Shown piece after piece: positions 51,322 to 64,000 of a stretch of DNA of 64,000 bases. Within the stretch, counting starts at the first letter, position 1; each line of letters starts with the position of its first letter. Location: positions 396,107 through 460,106 of the forward strand of contig OZ316895.1 in the NCBI GenBank assembly GCA_973895155.1, written 5' to 3'. The notes under the pieces were generated by a model, which saw nothing but the letters and a program-made list of their open reading frames with translations, did no database searches and had not been told where the DNA came from. The position numbers and the translations under genes were made by a program. Source of the stretch: Marsupella aquatica (Eukaryota > Plantae > Marchantiophyta).

Positions 51322-54125
51322 ATGAGGCAGCGAAGGGTGCTGCTGCTCTTAAAGCGGAGCATGTTGGACATATACAGAGCACGGGAGCGCTTGCACGTGT
51401 CTGAAGTCGGGCAATTCGCATCGCCAATTCTCTCTCATCCCCAGGTTGTTTCTTTTCTCCTGACTTCTCCGTCTTTGGGCAAGGTTCGATGTCTGAAGTC
51501 GGGGGGTTCGCATCGCCAATTCTCCCTCGCCTCAAGGCTTTTCTTGTCTCCGGAGTTCTCCGTCTTGGGCAAGGTTACCAGTCAGATTGGGATAGAAGTT
51601 TGGAGGAGAATAGACCTGATGTTCGAGCTCAGCGGAGCCAACAGAGAGCTCGTCATTATGTGCATTTACTTGATGGCAGTGTTGCTTCCTAGTCAAAATT
51701 ATCAATGGATTAGTTTACTATTCGAAGTCCGAGGCTGATCCTCCTCCAGCCTATTATATCAAGCCAAAAGCTGATTAACTTCTATCTGCTCCAGAAGTGC
51801 ATGTAGGCAGGGTTTAGGGTTTATGGAATTTCTGGAAGTTGAAAGTTACCCCACATTGTGTAGTTCTGTTGGAGTAGCCTGTTATAATTACAAAAATGCA
51901 AACCCTCAAGATGAATTCTCAACAGATCCACATCGTTTTAGAGACCCTTAACCGTCCTTTGGGTCCCATTCTAACGAAGAGGAATAGATAAGCTGGTAAT
52001 TGAGGTTCAGGTCACTCTCCTCGAAACGGAAAGGGTTGAACCTATCTATGTCGCACTCGTATGTCCGACTTTGCGACTCGAAGTGTTTTTTGTGTAGAGA
52101 GTTGTAAACAAATAGGTGGCTCTGAGAAGATGGTAGGGAACCGTAGATGTTCAAACGGAAACCCTCGATTTCTTGGGGCTTTTCCAGTGGAGCTAGTGAC
52201 TCCCAATACCCGGTAACCATCCCACATAATGGTATTCCAGACAACATAGAATGGCATCAGTCCTAGAGAAGATTGGCCAAGAGCAGTATTATCCAGATAA
52301 GATGGTCAGAATTGTCATGTATGTATGACACCAGTCGTCCTTAATGAGTTCAGTAACTTTCATAAGAGATAAGTGAGCAATACATCATACTCGCTGCTAG
52401 CAGGACTTCTGAAGCTACGTATTCAAAGTCACCGAATTCCGAATTCTGTGTGTTACTTGCGGTCAAAGAACATTTTCACTGTGTATATGGAATTGTTTCC
52501 TGACAGTGTCCGTGTTTCCCTTTCCCATAAATAGATGCTGGGCAACCTTATGGACAGGCACAGGGCACATGAGGATGCTGTTCAATTGTGCAAAGATGGC
52601 CTTGAACGTAAAACAAATGTGCAATGGTGTCTCATGAGAGAGGAGCTCAATCGACCCATTAGAGACGTGGATCTGGTTGTCACCATTGGAGGAGATGGCA
52701 CACTTTTGCAAGCTAGTCATTATCTTGACGACTCAATCCCGGTACTCGGCGTGAACTCAGATCCCACAAGGCCATATGAGGCAAGCCTTTGTCCCCATCC
52801 CAACTATGCGCAAGTCAACACTTCGCTACAGAATTTCTTCTGGGGCAACATAATTGTATGCTTATTCCTTGAATTTTGTTGTGAAGGTCGAGGAAAAATT
52901 AGAACAGTTCGATGCAAGCAGGAGTACCGGTCATCTCTGTGCAACAAGTGCTGACACTTTTCAGCAGGTTTTCCTAAAGACTCTCTTCCTATTGTGAAAG
53001 CTTATGAAAAACTATGTTTCAAAGATTGATTGGTGCATAAGCTGAGCATACAAGCCTCAAAAAGGAAGACTGGAAGTTAATCTCACAAAACTGCAATATG
53101 TCCATATTTGCTTAAATTTGAATCAAGATGTTTATTGTATTGGTTACAAAGACTCAGAGGTCGAATATCCTCAGATTGCATTTTCCTGTTTGGTGGTATC
53201 TCTGAGGGGCAAGTTTGGTCTGTGATTCAGGTATTAGATGAAATATTGGAAGGTGATAGGGAGCCCACGCAACTGAGTAGAATAAGCACTCGTGTTGATG
53301 GGATTGACATTGGGACTCCTGCCCTGAATGATGTCCTGCTGGCCCATCCAAATCCTGCTGCTGTGTCACGATGCACTTTCAGGTCCTCTCTCACTTTTTG
53401 TTAGAAATTCGTTTTTAAATTGATAAAGACGGTCGATTTCAAACTTTCTGATTGCAAAAACGATCACTGATCAAAGAGCATGGACCTGTGTCCTACAAAA
53501 AGTACTCACTGTAGAACTCCCCATGCACTCTAGCGTTTGCTGATCTCTTGGAAACAAGCATCCCCCTGGTTGATGCAGCTGCCGTAACGAATGCTTGACG
53601 TGTAGTTATTGTACCGAGCAGCTAAAGCTGACAATAACCGATTTGCAAAAGCGGTAGATGTTGAATCATGTTAGTTGGGTTTTTGTCCAGAGAGGGTTAA
53701 ACAATCAAGCCAATCCAAAATTTGTGCAAACTGACTTTTTCCGGCTTTAATGCGACAGCATCAGCAAGGAGGGTGAGTTGGATGCCTTAACTCCAACAGT
53801 GCACTGCCGGTCAAGCGGGATACGAATATGTACAGGTGCTGGCTCAACTGCAGCCATGCGATCAGCAGGAGGCTACCTGATGGATCAACAATCCCCTGAT
53901 TTGCAATACATGGTTAGGGAGCCAATTTCGCCTCACCCTAGGTTCAAAAACTACCTCCATGGATGTGTGAGACCTAGTGAGGTGATGAGTCTGCAATGGG
54001 GGTGTAGGAGAGGCATGTTATATTTTGACGGGTCTCATGTAGTCCATGAAATTAATTTTGGGAGTTCAGTTCAATTTTCTTCAGATGCCCCAAGTCTAAG
54101 AATTTTTCTTAGACTCAACCAATGA
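51322..54125 (+). CDS. NADK3: NADH kinase (NADK3 type), 5 exons
   Basis: RRVLLLLK; VVTIGGDGTLLQASH..DDSIPVLGVNSDPT; FDASRSTGHLCA; ALNDVLLAHPNPAAVSR; CRSSGIRICTGAGSTAAM.SAGG; MVREPISP; SSDAP. Exons 51322-51444, 52535-52780, 52887-~52967, 53231-~53382, ~53759-54125. Confidence 0.94.
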
Positions 54126-54830
54126 CTTACTGGTGGTCATTCTGTTCAGATCTGATCTGCATGTGTTTGGAGCATCATGTAGCCCAGACGTTTGATTACA
54201 TTGAATGCTTACCTTCCAGAAGTAGCTGTCAGTCTAGTCACTACGGTAACTGTCACCGAGATGGATTCTGTCTCTGAGCTCTCTAGTCCTTGCAGTCTAT
54301 TAGTCTCGTAGATGTTGGGCCAGGCGGGCCTGGTGTAGGGGCCCCTTCGGTAACTTTGAAAATGTGGATTTTAATGCTTAAGAGACATTTATTTTCAAGG
54401 CAAAAGGATTCTAGGAGAATTGGTTGATTATAGACGTCTCACTGGCTTTTAAGTCCTATGAGTGTCATGCGACTTGTAAGAGTCGTAGTTCTCACCTCAA
54501 CTGCGTTTTCAGAACATTAACCACGTATCTAGACTTTGTGAACTAGGACTTGCATGCAATATTTTGATGTGTCACGCACTATTGTTGGAAATAAGATGAC
54601 ATCCGAAATTCAATTTTGTCTCAGTTTCCAATGTCGTCATGAACTAGTGACCTTTTTGATTCCGATCTATCGGTGGATTCCAATTGGTGGACATCTCTTC
54701 CATATGGTACAGAAGCACAATTATAAGTGTTAGTCACCAATTAGTCACCGAATGCACTCATAACCAATTACCTCTTCCTTCATGACGGCCAACTAAAATT
54801 TACTCGGCACCAAGAGTACAAAACACTTCT

Positions 54831-55088
54831 TGGGCCCACGCATATGTAAATCTGATCATCTTCAACCAAAGCAAGAGTATGCCACCATCCATAAGCCAAC
54901 GCTCCTGGCCACAGCATTGTCCAATGGGACTTCAACTGGAGTGTCCCTATCGACTGAAGCTTGGGCCACTCATGGGTAAATCGGATCCTCTTCAACCAAA
55001 GCAAGAGTATGCCACCATCCACAAGCCAAGCTCCTGGCAACAGCATTGTCCAATCGGACTTCAACTGGAGTGTCCCTATCGACTGAAT
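54831..55088. repeat. 130-bp tandem duplication of the last coding exon of the RCC1 gene
   Basis: TCTTCAACCAAAGCAAGAGTATGCCACCATCCA...GGACTTCAACTGGAGTGTCCCTATCGACTGAA at ~54859-54958 and ~54989-55087. Confidence 0.9.
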
Positions 55089-58000
55089 CGGCTGTTCCGA
55101 GCTGTCATGTCAAGAACAAGTAAACCCCATTCGTTACAAAATGGAATGGCATGTAAAATTCATAGCTCAGCACATCAGCCCCAATCAATGACCACTGCCG
55201 TAGATATCGATGGATTTAGTACCTTATGAAAAAGGGATTCGTTGTTGAGAACAATTTCACATCTAATTAAATACTGCTGGCCTGCTAGGTAATGGCAAAT
55301 CAAGGGTGACATGAGGTATGATCTCAGCAGAAATCTTCATCCCAAACTTTCTGTTGGCATAGGATTTCAAAGCTTGCATAGGATCTACGGAACCATAAAT
55401 TTTAACCACAATGATATGTATTTTGACTGTAACAGATTGTATTACTTTCGTAAAGACATCACATCCGAGCTAGAAGGTTTGGATGAGATCTGAACTTATC
55501 TCATCCGGGGTTATGATTAGACCAAAAATGGTAGCAGAATTCGAACATTGCTTACACAAACCCATAATTATGGCAGTAGAGACCTACCTGCCCATACTTG
55601 TTCCAGCCCCAGCAGAAAATTTTCCCTTTGTCTACACATTGAAAGGCACTAATCAATTGGGGAAGATTGACTTTTTTCCAGGACGCTGAAAGATGCCATT
55701 GCAGAATGAACTCTCAATTGACTCAGTTGGTATCACGAATGAATTTCATGGGCTAGCATGAAGCTGATCGATGGTCCTTCGCACACTCCTACATTTTCTG
55801 AGTGCTGGCTGCAGTGCACAAGCCAATCAGTAGATGACACTGACCAGCAAACAGAAAATGACCAACCTGTTAAGATGGCAGTATGCCTCGCACCGCACGA
55901 TACCGACACTGCAAACTCATTCTCCAGCACAGGCGCATCTACTAGAGTTGGCAACATCTGCAGGAACCATTTACCGAAGCCAAGCGCAACAAGGACAGGG
56001 CGACATCGATTAGGTAACCAAAACATTCTTGTGGGCAGTCTGAGATTCGATACAGTTCATCATTTGATTTTACGACTATAATGTAAACAACCGCACCTCT
56101 GCTTGGTCTCCAACTGTTCCAAGTTGGCCGAATTGATTGCCCCCATTTGAATACACATCTCCATCGTCGGTGACAAACATACTATGCCAGAGCCCTGCTG
56201 ATAACTCAGACACTTTGATCCCACCCAAGGCAGACACATAAACTGGGCTAAGTTGATCCTCGGTATTTCCTTGTCCGCACTGCCAGCCACATCAATCAAA
56301 ACAATCATTTCACTCTCTGCAGGTGGGACAAAACCAACTTGAATCTTGGGAATATTCATGAAGCAAACTTTGAAAGCTAAACTAGTATCATGTCGGACAG
56401 AGAAGTGGGGTGTGATGCACAAGACGGCTTACTGCGGATAACAATGACACACAGAAATCAGTGCAAACAAATATATGGAACTCTAACCTGGCCATAGAGG
56501 CCCCAGCCAAAAGTCATTACAGCTCCAGAATCTGCAGAGCCAATCAGTTTATCACTAAGTGATCCAATGAAGGTTCGCTTTCGGCTCACGACTTCGGAGA
56601 TAGTTTCAGAAAACTTGTAAGTGCCACAAAAGATGAGCACACGAATCGTTGAACATCTCACCAATTAAGCGGCACCCGACTTATTGTAGTGAGCGATAAT
56701 GGAGTTCTAAATGTCCAGAATTGATACGGTCACTGACAAATTCTTGCAATCTCCAAATGTAAACAAAGCATATTGATGTTTGTGGACATTTAGGACAGGT
56801 GTTTATAAGGTACATGTTGATCGGTTTGCAAGCGTTTTGCATGAACACTACTCACGCAAATCCTGGAAAAACTTGGAAAGAGAAAATGACGTTCTGCTCA
56901 ATTCCCATGGCCGCCATGTTGTCTCGTTTCTCATGGGATACTGATTATTCATTGCAGTCACGACCATTGGGACACAGCAAATGAAGAGCGGTTAGTAGGT
57001 ACCAGTCAGCACAGCACTATGTCGACCACCACAGGCAATCCTTGTCACACGGTTCCCAAGAATTGCCACGGACAGATTCGAGGATTCGTTTCGGTTGCTA
57101 GGTCCATTGCTGGTCAAGAGTGGTGCTTCAAGACAATGAATAAGTTGTGGAGTCGACATCAAATCCACACGGGAACCTAAACCCAGCTGCCCTTCTTCAC
57201 CATAGCCCCATCCCCAAACCTGTCCTGTATCTGCAACCCTTGCACATCAAAGGTATATCAGACTCTTGGTCCCCACAGACCTTAGTTTTTCCCACCATTC
57301 CATGAAGCTACAACGTAGCTTTACATTCTATACTATGAGAAAACTTCAATACGCTGAGAGAAGAAACTCAAGAAGCTGATCGACCACGCAGAAGAGAAGG
57401 AACAGTCCATCACCTGAAAGGGCTAGAGTGTGCCTAGCACCCGCTGCAACAGAGGTGATGGTCAGACCATCAGCCAGGGATACCAACCATGCCCGCGATA
57501 TCACATTATCATCCATCGTAGTGGTATTATCATCTGAACGTACTACTCCCATATCCAAAACACTCTGCTTGAGACTATCTGCTATTCTATCAAATCTAAA
57601 CGGCCCCTTGGAACCTCTTCGTTTATGTGTAATTGTGGCCCCAATCTGATGACTAGATGACAGATGATCTCTGGATGCTTTATCAACATGTGCTGTTGTT
57701 TGATTATATTCAGCACTACTGGGGCCACCTGTGTTGGAATCACTTTGAGTGGAGCACTCGGACTTTCCTACACAGGAAGCATACGAAGGTGTACCATCCT
57801 CATCCCTCTGACAATCACTTGCTGGAATGAGGCGTGCCCTCTGCTCTATCGTGGAATTTGCAGTAGGTGCACAGGCGCTCCATCCCCAAGTACACACATC
57901 TCCTTTATCTGATCAAAGAGACATATCAGTCAACTGACGTGAACTTGAGAGAAAGCCAGTCTTCAGTACTGCAATCAGAGGAAGACTACAAGGGATTATT

Positions 58001-59064
58001 TACTCCAACAATGAGGAATTCGCTCAAACTGTTCAAACGAACCGGTGTAAGCAGATGTATTTGATGAGTTGCGAATAACCCACATCTCTGGAAGTGTTTT
58101 CTCACCTGTGACGGCGACAGAATGTGCCCAACCTCCTGCAGCTTGAACAATTCGTTCATTGAGATCTAGTAGGTAAGGTTCCAGCCCTTCCTGTAAAATG
58201 CAAACGTGCGGCATGTCTTAACGCAATTTAAGGCAACTCTGGCCAGGATCGCTTTCTAAAATCATGATTTTATGAGTGTTTGAGTAGTAAGTACCTGCTG
58301 GCCCTCCCTTAAAATATGAGATTGTCCAAGGTCATTTGTTGATCCCCACATGATAACTTTTCCAGACTCTGCAATTTGCCACCGTTTACTAATTTCAAAA
58401 TAGGTCCCTTCAAAACTTCGTTTAAACCGACTGTACAGAAGTATAAACAGAGTATGAATGGACGAAGGACAACTCGTTTCCAGCTATCTCTAATTGGGGC
58501 CAAAGGTGACTGAAAACCTCAACCGAGAAGATCGATAACCCTCATAGAAGACACTGACTCATGCATAGTTTAGCTCTTTCTCATTAGTATTAGTACAGAC
58601 GAACATCCTCAAGCCTATATTTGGAGGACAGGGATTTCTCCACTACCATCGGAAGCAATGTCGAAAAGAAATTCTGATTGGATGGTGGATGGAATGACGA
58701 CGATATGAACAGGGTACAAAGTAAGTAACATATTTTCTCGCTCTGAACTTTTCGGCAAAACCGGACTTCCAATCCCATGCCCTCTAGGTGAGCTCCCATT
58801 CTCTGTCCGGTGTAATTGCATGCGGCTTTTAGCTAGAAGGGCTGTGACCAAGAATACATTTACATCAGAGGTTAGGGAGATACACGATTAATATAATTTA
58901 CCTGTGATTGCAAGAGCGAATCCACAGCCACCGCCGCAAACTGATCCCACTTCCTCCTGTAAGCCATTGGGTAGCACTCGAGTCGGTCGTAAAAGTGGCG
59001 CTCTCTGGAATGATGCAGCTGGCAAGTAACCCCACATTCTCATACTCGACTTCCTCCGTGCCAT
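54970..59064 (-). CDS. RCC1-repeat (UVR8-family) protein, TCF1-like subfamily, multi-exon
   Basis: MWGYLP..VCGGGCGFALAIT; LSCGDQQ/ LITWG-type exon; AAGGWAHSVAVT; CTWGW; VAAGARHTLALS; VWGWGY..EGQLGLGSR; IACGGRHS; TFGWGLYGQ; VSCGARHTA; LACGWWHTLAL then stop at 54970-54972. Confidence 0.88.
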
Positions 59065-59714
59065 TCCTAATCCCCTGTCACAGTATGTTTATTTACTCCT
59101 ATCTCTTACCGACGCCGGGGTACATGCTGGACGAGCAGCCCTACATCTCTGACCAGGGATTTACATCTGGAGACTTCGGTCGCACAGTAAGCTGAGGAAG
59201 AGCAAATAATTCCAATCATTTGTCATTATGCAAATATTTGATATATCCTTCCTTTCGCTTTGCATCATCTTCAGGCAAAACAGGATTCGGCAATGTGGTT
59301 AGTTCTTACCCAACTACGCCCAACTGCCGTTGCAATCCATTGCAACCTTATCATTGCTACCTGAACCCATACTCCAATGACCGTGGTATGAAAGCTCTCA
59401 CGAATGGCAAGCAGATTATGGTCCACCTGCCCTTCTCGTTTGCCGAGAAATTTAGGGAAATGAGTATTGTACGATTTTACAGCCAGGAAAACCGTGATCC
59501 CGGAACGACTTCTCCTCCCAATGTAGCTCTCGTCGTGACCCAAGGTATAAACCAGGACGAAACGCAATCTAGTTCTGTTTCTTATCTCACTGGGGCGCAA
59601 CTTACTTATTACCGAGTCACTTCCAGATGCGCCAGGATTGCGAGACCTCGGTCACTTCCGGGGAGACTTCACAACTTGGGTGTCCACGTCCGACTGCCAA
59701 CGGGTTCCACCCAT

Positions 59715-59763
59715 AAACCCTAAACCTCTCGAAGATGCCTCTCGAAGATGCCTCTCGAAGATG
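59715..59763. promoter_or_regulatory. Telo-box (AAACCCTA) followed by a 13-bp x3 tandem repeat, upstream of the RCC1 gene
   Basis: AAACCCTA at 59715-59722 and (CCTCTCGAAGATG)3 at 59725-59763. Similar TAGGGTTT motifs occur in the first introns of DUS2 (47261-47276) and NADK3 (51809-51823). Confidence 0.4.
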
Positions 59764-62529
59764 AGAAAGTTCTGGTCACATTTTGGAATCATAACGTGAT
59801 AAAAGTTTCGCAGTCGGCTTAGTGAAGCATGACTTCACGAGAGAGCTGTTGGGTATCATCTTGTTTTCATAAATGATCAGATACTGAATCCAGCAACCTT
59901 GCACATGTGACATTGAAGGATTGCCGGCTACGTTCGAGTACCTCCGGCACGACTACAGTACTAGTCGTCCATTCAAGATTCAGCAAATTGACAGTTTCGT
60001 TGTTCGGAAAACGTCAGTTTGAAAGGAATAGAAGTCCTCGTTCAAATCTAAGGATGACTAACGGCCGGAGCACTCTAGAAACAGTGTTTCTAGCTCATTG
60101 TTTCGTCTCCAAAGTCATTGGTCAGATCTGTGAGGGCCGAGTTATACGGACGAGAAATTCGAAAGAAAGTTTCCATTGCTTCGTCTCTTTCTAGCAACAA
60201 CAAGTTGCAAACTCAATTAGTCCCACGAACCCTCCAGTTGACAAGTAATGGTATGCATATGGAAAAACAAATTCAAAATATGTCTGCCAAAAGTCTTATT
60301 TCGAGTTCATTTCACGAAGCATTATCATCTGATTCGTAGAATCTTGGACTCCTTCGGATCAACTCAGAAACAGATTAAAGAAAACCCAACAATACCTTGC
60401 TAACTGAAGACAACGCGCAGTGAGTCGCATAAAAAAAATGTGTAGAGTGTTTGGCAAATTCATTCGAAAAATGAAATTACATTTTGTACGAGGAGAGAAA
60501 ACAGAGTTACATACTGCGAGGTAACTTCTGTCACCATGTCTTACATTGAGATGTTTTGAATCTAGACTAAAGTCATTCCTTTGTTGTTTGTATCAATTCG
60601 TCGTTCTTCTTTCGTGTGAAAAATACAATCAAATTCTGCATATCACAACTTTTGCGCTGTCTTCTGTTTTTACTTCGTTTGGTGCAATATCTACAGCCAT
60701 TATTGCTCAGCATTATCATAGGTACAGGTTCGCTCAAGGCCAACGCTTCTTATTCCACAATGCGTTAAAAGGACGAAAGTGGTGGTCCAGCTTCAGACCT
60801 GCAACTTTGTTGTTCATCGAGCGTTTCGGAGGTGAGGAGCTACTCTTTAATCGATGATGACTTTCCTGAGAATACATCATGTCCACTGCTTTATAAGTGC
60901 TTTATAATGCAAACACAAGGCTTCACAAGAGAAGGGAGTTAGATTATTAAAGTCAGATTATTAGAGTTAGATTATTAAATTACAATTCTGCTTGTTGCCA
61001 GCAACGAAGGCTAGTTTCAAAATGCGTGAAGTTTCTGACAGCAACAGAACACCAAACTCGTATTTTGCTTTATCTGGATTCGACAATCATAGTACCCCAC
61101 GTCTTCCACATTCTCCCATGAGATCTTCCCATACCTGCTACAACGAATTGTGGCTCATACAGGTTGTGAACCAATTGCAAGAATGGTAGTGACTTACATG
61201 CAGGATATCGCCCTTGACTTGGCTTTCTTGATCGACGCTGAAGAATGTACTTAATCTGCAGCAAATGGAGGGTTTGCTTAAAGGCCAGGACTGTCAGCCA
61301 CAGTCTCAAGAGGAGTTTATTGGCTGACGTGCTTGTGGATACGAAGTCAAATTCAATAGTATGCAATCGACTCACTCATGTAAACACCAAAACGCTTTGT
61401 TTTAGACACTTCCCTAATATACTCTCCAGTTTTGAAGGGATTTAAGAATCTCTGCCGGGTGCCTAAAAAGACCATTTGATTTCTTTCATTTGGCATCAAA
61501 ATGAGTCACAGTTGTTTATGTTATTTATCAAATCCTGAAATTGAAAGTGGAGCTTTTGAAAGTAAGGAGCACTTGCCAAGTATAGTTTGCATCACTGAGT
61601 ATTGGGAGAAGCTTTGACTAGAGCAGTTTGCTTCCAGTCTTTCTCTTCCACTATCCATGCACTTTAATTCACGTTGCGGTCAAGGATACCCTCACAACAA
61701 TGGTCTCACCAAAAGCTTCCGGCTATGAACTATCGTTCACCCGCTTGAATATCTTGGGATGCCATTGATAATAGATAATATCATGACGGCCATCATACAA
61801 TCGATTATTGGACACTGGATTCTAAGGAGTGCAACTTGTAGAGATCAACTTGCAGCTGAATTCGGCGATGGTTTTGTATATTTGTTCCCTCTGAGCTTGC
61901 AAGACCTTGATTTGTTACACTCAGAAATGCCGTTCTTGCACTTGTACGTTTCCCTCAGGCGAATGGGTATCGCCACTTTCAGAACTCTGCCATAAATGTG
62001 CTCAAGAAGTAACACTTCTTCGTATTTAGACCGCCCGCATGTTGTTGAGTGTCATACAAAGCGCTTGGATTAGTAATTCTGCTAGTATCGTCTCATCTTT
62101 TCTAGTGTCTCACAGCTTTCACCAGCAATGCTGTAGTGACAAAGTAAGCGTTCGTTGCACTTGGTGGCATCAGTCTCCTTGACTTCTTTTGAGGTAAGAT
62201 ATCCAGTGATGTATGTGGTAAAGCCCTTTGTCACATTTCCATTGATGATGCAACTGTGGTAGTTCTAATAGGACTGAGTAAAATAACGGTACTGCAGGAA
62301 ACGGACCTTGGCACCAAGTGTTTCAGATCTGCTTCTCTTGGGCAACACATTTAATCCTTTTTTCCAAACTGAGAGTGAAAATGTCTTGGCTACCAGTCAG
62401 TTATGAGCACCCTGGACTAAATTGAAGAATGGGGTGAGAACTCTTTCTGGGAGAAAACCCTGTCCCATCGAGGAATCAACTATAGATCTGCAGGGTGCTC
62501 AGACAAGGAAAAACCTCTAACTTTGGATA

Positions 62530-63990
62530 TTAGTGTGAATTAAATTCTGTCCTCATGAATGTCAACTTGTTCAGCAATCGGGATGTTTTCTCCTGAAGTG
62601 TCTGAGCCGAATCTTCAAGAGCAGTTTTTTCAACCAATAGCTGAAAGTTTTGGGTTGAGACACTATTTTGAGGCGATTGCCCAGGGCTGGCTACCCCACT
62701 TGTTGGGAGAGATGTAAATGTGGTTCCTCGCAGAACCTGGAGCTGCTGTTCTAGTTGTAATTTCATTAGCTTTGCTTCCACATGAAAGTGGTTCAATTCT
62801 GGTGTGGCTGCGAAGCTTGAATCGGATGCTGCATCAGAGGGCTCCCGCTCAAATTCATTAACACGATCACTGACATAAGCCATCATACTATTCAAGCGAT
62901 CCTCCATCACTTTCTGTACTCTCCACTGTCCTCTAAGCATCTCTCTCAATGTGTTGACATCTCCTGATTCGACTTTGCTGAGATCCAAAACTGAGCTGGT
63001 TGACTGGGTGATTGTTGTTGCACTCTTTGGCCTTCCATCATTGAATACCATTGGTGACCTCGGTTTCCCATCATTTTGTTGATACATACCTGGAATTTCT
63101 TTCTTCACCTTTAGATTTTGCAACTCATGGTGCAGTTCATCAAAGAGTTTACCCTTTCTCTTGTTTTCCTCCTGATAGCGTACCATCTCTAATCGTAATT
63201 GGTCACATTGAGCTCTGAGTGCTTCGTTCTCTTCACTGACTTTAACCAATTTGGTACGATCTCGTTCTTGTTGTAAGTCATGTCTTCCTCCATCCGAAGA
63301 TCGTCCTGCAGGGTCAAAAATATTTCTGGCCTCTGCTCGTTTAGCGCGAGCCTCGTATTCATTGCAACGAGCTTGCATATTCTTGATTTGCTGAACGTTT
63401 CTCTCTAGCTCCTTCTCAAGTTCTTTAGTTGCTTGTTTCTTCTTTTCATCAAAACCCTCGATGTGCCGATGCTCCAATTCTTCAAAGTAATTGCATTTGG
63501 CTGAAAGGTCTTGGATTTTTCTATTCATTAGTGCCCTCTCACTTTCAGATCTTTGCAATTTCTCCTCAGTGTTTCTCAGCCTTCCTATGAGGTCGTTGTA
63601 CCCCGTTTTGGGTGAATTCCGTTCATATTCTTGCAATCCTCTAAGCTTACTCCTGAGCTCAGTGACAATGCTGTAGGATCTTGCTAGCTCCTTCTCCATG
63701 GTTTTGATTGCTTGGGTTTTTATACCCAAGCAATCTTGTAAAGAAAGTACTTCGCATCTTAGGTCCAAGATCTCTCGTCCCTCCTCCTTCCCCTGTTTGT
63801 GGAAAAAATGTGTACCATGGTCACCTTCAAACCTTAACTCATCAGGCCGTTGAGAATACACTGATGACCTAGATGTTTCCAGTTCGTGGGAGAGCTTTAT
63901 GATCTCCTCCTCCTTGACAAGTTGTTTAGTTTCTAAGTCATCAATACACTTCATCAACTGATGCTTCTCTGCTTGCCAGGCTGTCTCCAT
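62530..63990 (-). CDS. Long coiled-coil protein of unknown function; may be the terminal exon of a gene extending beyond the window
   Basis: 486-aa uninterrupted E/K/L/Q-rich heptad ORF, with the frame open up to the window edge. Confidence 0.75.
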   Translation of the reverse strand: METAWQAEKHQLMKCIDDLETKQLVKEEEIIKLSHELETSRSSVYSQRPDELRFEGDHGTHFFHKQGKEEGREILDLRCEVLSLQDCLGIKTQAIKTMEKELARSYSIVTELRSKLRGLQEYERNSPKTGYNDLIGRLRNTEEKLQRSESERALMNRKIQDLSAKCNYFEELEHRHIEGFDEKKKQATKELEKELERNVQQIKNMQARCNEYEARAKRAEARNIFDPAGRSSDGGRHDLQQERDRTKLVKVSEENEALRAQCDQLRLEMVRYQEENKRKGKLFDELHHELQNLKVKKEIPGMYQQNDGKPRSPMVFNDGRPKSATTITQSTSSVLDLSKVESGDVNTLREMLRGQWRVQKVMEDRLNSMMAYVSDRVNEFEREPSDAASDSSFAATPELNHFHVEAKLMKLQLEQQLQVLRGTTFTSLPTSGVASPGQSPQNSVSTQNFQLLVEKTALEDSAQTLQEKTSRLLNKLTFMRTEFNSH

Positions 63991-64000
63991 TCGTGCAATC

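Noticed and set aside
59900-62500. Scattered short ORFs as an additional gene
   Set aside because: No consistent frame, domain or splice pattern found; at most a decayed coding relic or long 3' UTR.

Overview
Eukaryotic land-plant nuclear DNA with spliced genes. A kinesin-2 accessory subunit (KAP3/FLA3) gene points to a plant with flagellated sperm; a bryophyte such as a liverwort is my best guess (inference). Host genes: TIC56 (+), tRNA-Lys(CTT) (-), MAP1D-type methionine aminopeptidase (+), KAP3-like (-), aminoacylase-1 (+), DUS2 (-), NADK3 (+), TCF1-like RCC1 protein (-), and a coiled-coil gene at the right edge (-). Mobile DNA: a complete 6.26-kb PIF/Harbinger transposon (26-bp TIRs, TTA TSD) with an intact transposase, a Myb/SANT gene and an unexplained third ORF; a second divergent Myb-like transposon gene at the left edge; a Copia-type solo LTR with 5-bp TSD; a tRNA-derived SINE with (CAA)n tail; LINE remnants. 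Other oddities: an aminoacylase locus duplicate lacking its whole coding region, and short tandem duplications over exon ends in three neighbouring genes. All homology calls come from motif recognition by eye, not database searches.
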